DNA from: an uncultured virus (IMG/VR IMGVR_UViG_3300020180_000011) | Lineage: Duplodnaviria; Heunggongvirae; Uroviricota; Caudoviricetes | Virus record (IMG/VR): IMGVR_UViG_3300020180_000011 | Strand: one strand, 5' to 3' | DNA: 59,909 nt | In this document: positions 53,458-59,909 of the stretch, piece by piece | Layout of the letters: every line of letters starts with the position of its first letter | Numbering within the stretch: position 1 is the first letter of the stretch | Made by a program: the position numbers and the translations under genes | The notes under the pieces: model-generated | What the model was told of the DNA's origin: nothing | Databases searched by the model: none | What the model saw: only the letters and a program-made list of their open reading frames with translations

Positions 53458-54025
53458 TCTGTTCAACCGGAGCATGTCCCATAGCTAGATACTCTTTGTA
53501 GTTAGCTGCACCTGATTCTTTAAGTAGCTTAGCAATTGTGGGCTCAGTGTCAGGAAACTCCTGATTGAGCGCATCTAACGCAGGACTAATCTTACGGTTC
53601 TGTTTAGTTAACATCATGTGCTTGCGCTTACGCCACATCTCTTCAATGAACTTCTTACGCATTAAGATGGAGTTTTTGTTAGCTGTAGTTAGCGTACCTT
53701 TTTTTTCTCTAATCCTAATAACTAAAGCTTGACTCCATGTCATTTTAGGGTAGTATTGGACATACCTATCTTTCTCAGGTATGGGCTTTCCTTTGAATGC
53801 TGTGGTTACTTCTTTGTTGGTAGTGAAGAACTTACAAAAACCATAGATTGTTAAAGGTTCTTCATTGGCTAAACAATCTTCTACATAATCCCAGAAATAA
53901 TTAACTGTGTAATATACTTGAAAGTCAGATGGAGTACTGTCTGGGTAAGTCTTTTCAAACCTATCTCTAATTCCTTCTACATAATGAGGAATAGGTATTC
54001 TACCAATGTTTAATCGTCTGTCCAT
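53432..54025 (-). CDS. HU/IHF-like DNA-binding protein (start revised to MDRR)
   Basis: FWDYVEDCLANEEPLTIYGFCKF...PKMTWS..L resembles the HU fold signature. Confidence 0.5.
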   Translation of the reverse strand: MDRRLNIGRIPIPHYVEGIRDRFEKTYPDSTPSDFQVYYTVNYFWDYVEDCLANEEPLTIYGFCKFFTTNKEVTTAFKGKPIPEKDRYVQYYPKMTWSQALVIRIREKKGTLTTANKNSILMRKKFIEEMWRKRKHMMLTKQNRKISPALDALNQEFPDTEPTIAKLLKESGAANYKEYLAMGHAPVEQISKDLSEE

Positions 54026-54073
54026 ACTTGTCCTAGTTATACTGGGTATATACAGTGTAGCCCATAACAGTTT

Positions 54074-55597
54074 ATGAATATAGCCAAACTTAAGAAAGTC
54101 CATCAAGCTCAGTACTTTAAGTTGCTTGCACAGAATATTGTGAAGCTAGACGATACCTCTGGCGCTACTATTATTGCTGAGGGCATATATAAGCAGATAG
54201 TAGATAGAACTAGTGAGCTAAATATCCAACAAGCAATGCTGTTTACTTCATTGCCTGAGAGTTATTTACAGGTACAATTTGGGGATATATTTAACAAGTC
54301 AGCTCTGCAGTTTGGCTCTAAGTATAGACTACAATTACTGTCCATATGGAAGGATACTTTGGATATGGGAAGAAGGCATCAAGTAGAAGAGATTCTATGG
54401 CAGTTCCCGGTATTTAGACCGTCTTTGTTAAAGGATGAGTCTACTCGCATTGCAGGTTTTTCTACCGCTTCTTTAGCATCTAGCGTACTTGAGCAACTAG
54501 ATAGTTCTGTAGCAGAGTTCTCTCCTCAAGATGATAGGAACATAGCTTTAGCCAAACGTAAGCAGTTAGAACTAGCCGCTAACATAGACCTGTTAAAGGC
54601 TGAAGGAGTATACAGACGAGTAGATACCTCAGACAAGTTAGTTGCTCGGATGAGCATCAATGAGAAGTATAGATTCTTAAGCAACTTAGATTACATAGCT
54701 AATTACAGCCGCAAAGCTGAGGCGGCTAACAAGTATTTCTTAGGACGAAACTATCTGAGTAATAGAGCTAGTGTTCTTAGTACTCAATACTCTTTTGCAC
54801 AGAATAACTCAGTAAGAAGTAACGTTGCAGATTATCTAAAAAATGACAGCACCAGTCTAGGTAACCTAAGAAACAAGTCTCAAAGTGTACAGACTTTAAT
54901 AGCTAAAGTCGAAGCTAAACTCAAGAAACCCGTGCTAGGCAAGAGTCTAGAACCTGAAAAAGCCAATGCTCAAGCAAAGACTGTGATTAGGACAGAGCTT
55001 GCATTAGCATACAATTTTGGTAAGATTGCTGGATTTATGGCACCAGAAGACAGGGAACAAGAGTTTAAGTGGAACGCATCCTTTGAGCTGGAAGGTAAAA
55101 AGATAGGTTACAGAGTATGTACTTTCTGTGAGCGTCAAGACGGGATTATAAGAACTGCTGGCGAGATTATGGCAGCAGGTCAGTCTACTGATACTGACAT
55201 TCTTAACTATGATAGTAAGTCAAATACTACCAAATGGAAAGATGAAAGTAATCCTCAAATAGTAGCTCACCCAAATTGCTCATGCTTTTGGGAGCTTGTA
55301 CCTAACCGGGATATGGAAGAACTATTGCCTATAGCTGCCGCTGTACCTACGCCTACACCTACTGTAGTTACAGAAGAGTCTAGCTTGTTACCTCAAGTAA
55401 TTGCTGGAGGACTACTAGTTGCCGGAGGTTTTCTATTGAGTAGAAGCAATGCATGGAAATCTTTTGCATCTATTGCAGATGACTTACCTGCTGATGTGTT
55501 TGACCCAATAGATAACGTAATTGAGGTAGTTAATAGTGTCGATGAGGATGTAGCTAATACAGTACGTAAAGTAGTTAGTTCTATTGCAAATAGCTAG
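54074..55597 (+). CDS. Head morphogenesis protein (SPP1 gp7 / Mu F-like)
   Basis: A..VIRTEL..AYN.G; W; VC..C...DG; HPNC.C. Confidence 0.8.
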   Translation: MNIAKLKKVHQAQYFKLLAQNIVKLDDTSGATIIAEGIYKQIVDRTSELNIQQAMLFTSLPESYLQVQFGDIFNKSALQFGSKYRLQLLSIWKDTLDMGRRHQVEEILWQFPVFRPSLLKDESTRIAGFSTASLASSVLEQLDSSVAEFSPQDDRNIALAKRKQLELAANIDLLKAEGVYRRVDTSDKLVARMSINEKYRFLSNLDYIANYSRKAEAANKYFLGRNYLSNRASVLSTQYSFAQNNSVRSNVADYLKNDSTSLGNLRNKSQSVQTLIAKVEAKLKKPVLGKSLEPEKANAQAKTVIRTELALAYNFGKIAGFMAPEDREQEFKWNASFELEGKKIGYRVCTFCERQDGIIRTAGEIMAAGQSTDTDILNYDSKSNTTKWKDESNPQIVAHPNCSCFWELVPNRDMEELLPIAAAVPTPTPTVVTEESSLLPQVIAGGLLVAGGFLLSRSNAWKSFASIADDLPADVFDPIDNVIEVVNSVDEDVANTVRKVVSSIANS

Positions 55598-55598
55598 T

Positions 55599-55835
55599 CT
55601 ACTTACTTGAAAGTGCCGTAGACATAAAGAAAAAGCTTACGGGTCTATCGTACAGCTTACTGAACTGCAATACTCTAGGAGCAGGTACAGAAGCTAGACC
55701 TCGTTCGTACTTAGAAATAGTATCTTGAGACATATTAAAATGCACTGCTGCCTCACTCTGAGTTAGATTAGAGGCTTTACGAGCATTTTGTAGACGTTTA
55801 CCGAGCTGCTTATTGAAATCTGCTTCAGAAAACAT
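55599..55835 (-). CDS. XRE-family HTH regulator
   Basis: LG.RL..ARK..LTQ.E.A....SQ.TISKYERG. Confidence 0.9.
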   Translation of the reverse strand: MFSEADFNKQLGKRLQNARKASNLTQSEAAVHFNMSQDTISKYERGLASVPAPRVLQFSKLYDRPVSFFFMSTALSSK

Positions 55836-55895
55836 GTATTAATATTATTTGATACTATAGAAGTACTATTATTCTTACATTAGCACACAAGCTTT

Positions 55896-56837
55896 ATGGC
55901 AATCAGAACATTTTTGTATAGTGGTGCATTTGGGGCTGACTTCTTTCAAGAAAGTGAAGACCATGCACAAGGCTTAGTACGCAAAGCATTGGTTGCTGTA
56001 GAAGGCGCTTTTAAGGATAGTAAAGGCACCGAGCATGTATTTAGTCAAGAACGTCTTAACACTATTGCAGAGCACACTAACCGAGCATTAGGTAGTGGTG
56101 TAGATATTCCGGTATGTACTGACCACCAGAAAACAGTTGCTAACACCGTAGGTAACTTTGGTGAAGGTGCAGAAGCATTTACTAAGATGATTACTGCAGA
56201 AGATTTACCTAATGCCAAAGCTACTCATTTGATTGGCAAGATGGGATTGTTTGTCAACAATGTTGTATTAAGCAGTCTTGATGCAATTGAAAAGGTTAAA
56301 AACAAAGTTGTTACCTCAGTCAGCATGGGGTTAAACTTAGACAAGAACGACCATCGCATTATGGAATTAAGTCTTGTTCCTATTCCTGCTATCCCTAACA
56401 TGGGTTTGTTCAGTGTTGGTAACAACGGACAAGCATTTACTTGGGAAGAGCTAGAGCGTAACGAACAAAGTATTGAAGACCTTAAAGAAGACTATACCAA
56501 GCTAACCGACCAGCTATGGACATTGATTAACAATGTTTATACGGATGAGTCTATCGACATTGCAAATATGGAAGTGCTTAAACAGTACTTGTATACTGCA
56601 TTGAATGGATTCAGTGTTCGGGCATTGGATTTGCTAGGTGTAAAAGAAGAAGAGGTGTCTGGTACTCCTGAAGAAGATGCGGCTACGCAGACTGCAGATG
56701 CCGCTGTTCAACAAGCCAGCACTCAACGTCAAGATATGGCAAGCCCTAGTGCAGCTAGCTACAGTAAGTACACTCGTCAAGTAGCTATGTTCTCCAGAGC
56801 TAAAAAGTATAGTCGTGCACGCAATGCATCTATTTAG
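55896..56837 (+). CDS. Prohead protease / scaffold-like protein (Mu I-like)
   Basis: G.F.D..G, IPV..DH, SVS.G, ELSLV..PA..M; extended -10 TGaTACTAT at 55850-55858. Confidence 0.65.
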   Translation: MAIRTFLYSGAFGADFFQESEDHAQGLVRKALVAVEGAFKDSKGTEHVFSQERLNTIAEHTNRALGSGVDIPVCTDHQKTVANTVGNFGEGAEAFTKMITAEDLPNAKATHLIGKMGLFVNNVVLSSLDAIEKVKNKVVTSVSMGLNLDKNDHRIMELSLVPIPAIPNMGLFSVGNNGQAFTWEELERNEQSIEDLKEDYTKLTDQLWTLINNVYTDESIDIANMEVLKQYLYTALNGFSVRALDLLGVKEEEVSGTPEEDAATQTADAAVQQASTQRQDMASPSAASYSKYTRQVAMFSRAKKYSRARNASI

Positions 56838-57756
56838 TACTGATATATCAGAAATTATTGACTTTGCTCCTAGCCTCTCAGTTAACGGGGAGGAAGAAAA
56901 TGCTGCAAATATTGCTAAACAGTTGCAAGGGCCGTATAAAAGAGACCCGCGTATTAAGTCGGGTCAAATGACTACTCGACAATTAAATGATGAGAGATTG
57001 CTATTAGCTAAAGAATATCCTGCTGACGCAAGAAATCAGGCGGCAACTAAACGTAAATTACGTGCAGAAGCACTTGGCTTAACACCTGAAAAACAGCAAG
57101 CATTTGATGAGGCTAGAAAAACTTTAGGAAGTAGCACTAGTCAACGTGCTGCTATACGTAAACATTTAGCAACGATTAATGATAGTACTGTATCCGCAGA
57201 AGCTAGAGATGAAGCTACTCGACAATTAAATAAAGTTGTTAAATCTCCTGATGAATTACGTAAGATTACAAAGGCGTATGAAACTGTAGCAGAGACTCGT
57301 AAAGGTGCTAAGTCTGTAGCTCCCAAAGGTAAATCAAAAGGATACAATGTAACACCTGTAGTTGCAGGCAAAAGTACGGCATCAGAAAGAGCATTACAAG
57401 CTATTAAGGGAGCTGAAGAAGAGTTTATTGGTACTGGTCTAGGTCAATCTACTAGTGTGCCTGCTGTTCCTAAGGTAAGCTCTAAAGCGGATATTAAGAA
57501 GCAGGTTAGAACTGCTACAAGTTTACTAAATCCTGAAAATATCAATGTCAATCAACCTGCGTATCGCATGGGAATAAAAGACAGGTATTTAAAATACAAA
57601 TTTAATCTCAATCCTAAAGCTACCGCTAGCAAAGTAATTAATACTATTAAGAACAATAATGCAGCTAAGATAGGGCTAGCTGCTGGTGGTGTAGCTGGGG
57701 CTAGATTGCTGTACAAGCAGGCTACTAAGAAACGGGGTAACGATGAATATTCTTAG
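56824..57756 (+). CDS. Lys/Ala-rich protein with C-terminal Gly-rich helix (putative internal virion protein)
   Basis: Composition; position after the protease. Confidence 0.6.
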   Translation: MHLFSTDISEIIDFAPSLSVNGEEENAANIAKQLQGPYKRDPRIKSGQMTTRQLNDERLLLAKEYPADARNQAATKRKLRAEALGLTPEKQQAFDEARKTLGSSTSQRAAIRKHLATINDSTVSAEARDEATRQLNKVVKSPDELRKITKAYETVAETRKGAKSVAPKGKSKGYNVTPVVAGKSTASERALQAIKGAEEEFIGTGLGQSTSVPAVPKVSSKADIKKQVRTATSLLNPENINVNQPAYRMGIKDRYLKYKFNLNPKATASKVINTIKNNNAAKIGLAAGGVAGARLLYKQATKKRGNDEYS

Positions 57757-58672
57757 ACCTTTAATTCATAAAATTAGAAAGCATCCTAGAGAAGCTGCCC
57801 TATTAGGAGGGGGTGTGTTACTAGGAACTTTATTACCTCAGCCTGTACAAACGGGTGTAAAGACTGTAGGAGCGGTTGGTGGCGGATACCTTGTAGGTAG
57901 GACTATACAAGCTCCAAAATCTGTAGGTGCTTCGGCATCTTTTGCTATTCCGTATGACCAAGAACTTATGGCCGCTAGGCTTAAAGGCAAAGCAAGTCCT
58001 GAAAAAGATATTAAGCTAACCTCTACAGAAAAAGGAGAATCTGCCAAAGTAGCCAAAGCTAAGGGTATATCTAGCTCTGACCAAGAGAAATTGGTTCAGC
58101 AAAACCTACGTAAGAAGCTATCTACATCCCCCAAAGATTATGCAACTACTAAGCAGGTTAATAGGGCAGCAAGTAAGAGAATTACTAGAGAAAAAGCTTT
58201 AGGTTTTGATAAGTCCGGTGGATGGAACAAAACTAGAGGCAACGTGTTCAACGAATCTAGGAATGCTTTATTGGAGACTAGAGAACTTAGAAAGCATATG
58301 CGATTAGCTACCTCAGACAAGAGTTCTCCTGAAGTCAAAGCAAAGGCAGCAGAAGCTCTCAAACGTTTTTCTACCGATGACATTAAGAAGGTGGAGAAAA
58401 CTTATAAGAACTTGGGAGATATTGTAAGTCAAGGAACTGCTACTGATACTTTTAGACCTACTACCGTAAGTAAAAACTTATCAAAAGCGGCAGAAAAAAC
58501 TAAGCAATTAATAGTTCCAGGAAAACTTAAAAAAGGTCATTTGTTAGGAGGTATTGCCGCTACTGCATTAGGTGGGGGAATACTTTTAAATAGCTTAGCA
58601 TCTAAAAAATCAGACAAGACTACTGCGGCACCTACTTCTTTGCCTGATGATGATTACCGGAGATACCTATAA
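57743..58672 (+). CDS. Lys/Ala-rich protein with Gly-rich helices (putative internal virion protein)
   Basis: Composition; partial similarity to the previous gene (RKH....D...S.E....A...L). Confidence 0.6.
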   Translation: MNILRPLIHKIRKHPREAALLGGGVLLGTLLPQPVQTGVKTVGAVGGGYLVGRTIQAPKSVGASASFAIPYDQELMAARLKGKASPEKDIKLTSTEKGESAKVAKAKGISSSDQEKLVQQNLRKKLSTSPKDYATTKQVNRAASKRITREKALGFDKSGGWNKTRGNVFNESRNALLETRELRKHMRLATSDKSSPEVKAKAAEALKRFSTDDIKKVEKTYKNLGDIVSQGTATDTFRPTTVSKNLSKAAEKTKQLIVPGKLKKGHLLGGIAATALGGGILLNSLASKKSDKTTAAPTSLPDDDYRRYL

Positions 58673-59704
58673 TGTTTACTAGAGTTAAGAAAGGCTTTAC
58701 TCGTTTAGGTGACGTAGCTGAGGTAGCTGCAGATGCATCTACTAAAGTAGGCTATTCTTCGGAGCAAGTAGGTCAAGCAGCTGAGAGAGTTGGTAGTGCT
58801 GCAGCTAAAGCAGAAGAAGTAATAGCAGGACTAGGTAGTCCCTCCAAAGAAATTGCAGACAACTTAGCTTCCGCTAAAGACTGCTAGCGGGTTGTTAGTA
58901 GGTGGAGGTGTTCTTGCCGTAGGTGCAGGAGGACTAGGACTAACTAGACAGGCGTACAATCTAAATAAGGATATTAACAACAACAGAGCTATGAAAAACA
59001 AACAATCGTCTTTCTCTTATATGTCAGGTATTGGGGCTACAGCAGATTTTGCTCCCGGTGCTGCTTTACGTAAAAAACTAGAGACTGTAGGACGCAAAGT
59101 TAAAAATATCTCCGAAGCAGTTATTGGTGCAGGTAAGAAAACCCGTAGAGCTGTTGATACTATTAGTCAGGGAGCTGCTATTCAAGTTTCTACTCGCAAA
59201 GCCACTAAAGACGCAATTAAGAAAGTTACGTCAGAGCAAGTTCCGACATTAGCTAAAGCAGTAACCGTACCGCAAGCTAGTCCTTCTGTTGTTGCCCCTC
59301 TTAGAAATGTAACACCTAAAGCTAGTGCTCCTGCAGTATCGTACAAGACAATCACCCCTAAAAAGAAAGTAAGTAACTCTACTATCCTCAAAGGCGTGGC
59401 GGCTATTGGAGTAGGTGGAGCAGCTACTGGGGCGGGTGTTGCGTACGCCAAACGCAAAGATAAAAGAAGTAATTTTGCTGCAGTCGAACAACCTAAAGGA
59501 TTAAGTAATACAGACAAAGCGTTGCTGGTAGGTACTGGTTTAGGTAGCGCGGCTATCTTAGGATATAAAGGTCGTAAATTCCTAAGGAACAGAGGCGCTA
59601 TTAATTACGGAATGGGAGCCACTCAGCAAGCAGGGCAGGCTACCGAAGACTTGTTTAACCGCTACAATCCGGCAGCGGGTATGGGATTTAAGGGCCCAAT
59701 GTAA
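58672..59704 (+). CDS. Lys/Ala-rich protein split by a single-base frameshift near 58876
   Basis: Removing one A in GCTAAAGACT joins 58672-58887 to 58892-59704. Confidence 0.55.
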
Positions 59705-59707
59705 TAA

Positions 59708-59909
59708 ATGAATATCTTAAAGAAAATAGGCGAACGTTTCCCTCAAAAACTACAGCATCTACCAATTGAAAAATTTGTAGATGCTGAGGGTGTTATTGAT
59801 ACTACCGGATACGTCAGAGCTTTGTCTCGCAGGCAAACTGGCTTAGGTGCCCTAGCTGTAGGCGGGGTAGGTGTAGGAGGAGGTCTTGCTTATAGAAAAC
59901 TACAAAGCA
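59708..59909 (+). CDS. Partial protein of the same Gly-helix/basic type
   Basis: MNILKKIG...GLGALAVGGVGVGGGLAYRKL; open to the window end. Confidence 0.65.
   Translation, partial: MNILKKIGERFPQKLQHLPIEKFVDAEGVIDTTGYVRALSRRQTGLGALAVGGVGVGGGLAYRKLQS

Noticed and set aside
58885..58887. Stop-codon reassignment (TAG readthrough)
   Set aside because: The downstream ORF is in a different frame, and many genes end normally in TAG
1..59909. Strand-polarised CCTATCT as a Chi/KOPS-like signal
   Set aside because: Copies occur in both orientations in the left arm; polarity cannot be supported without counting

Overview
This 59.9-kb window (about 40% GC) comes from a large tailed dsDNA phage. A cyanobacterial host is likely, judging by the cyanobacterial-type ThyA-DUF4346 fusion, pentapeptide-repeat protein, RlpA and HEARO-type element. 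Layout: (i) a short + strand tail/structural block (1.3-5.0 kb); (ii) a long - strand arm (5-42.4 kb) with nucleotide and anti-defence enzymes (NADAR, macrodomain, dCTP deaminase-like, kinase-phosphatase-RNA ligase, thymidylate synthase) and many small early genes, often tandem paralogs; (iii) a G-rich repeat region where transcription diverges (42.4-43.2 kb); (iv) a + strand morphogenesis arm (Acb2/Tad1-like sponge, TerS, TerL, LamG virion proteins, gp7/F head protein, prohead protease, Lys/Ala-rich proteins). Main signals not in the ORF track: a 117-nt perfect four-way junction whose two 8-nt loops are exactly complementary (41902-42018); an ORF-less IscB-type omega/HEARO RNA element inserted at the rlpA ATGA; a tRNA with a UAU anticodon and long variable arm; four tandem DnaJ-type CxxCxGxG microproteins; a promoter/terminator-bracketed ORF-less ~360-nt unit; a repeated motif before early-gene RBSs; and apparent GATC avoidance. 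All calls come from manual motif reading; no searches were run.
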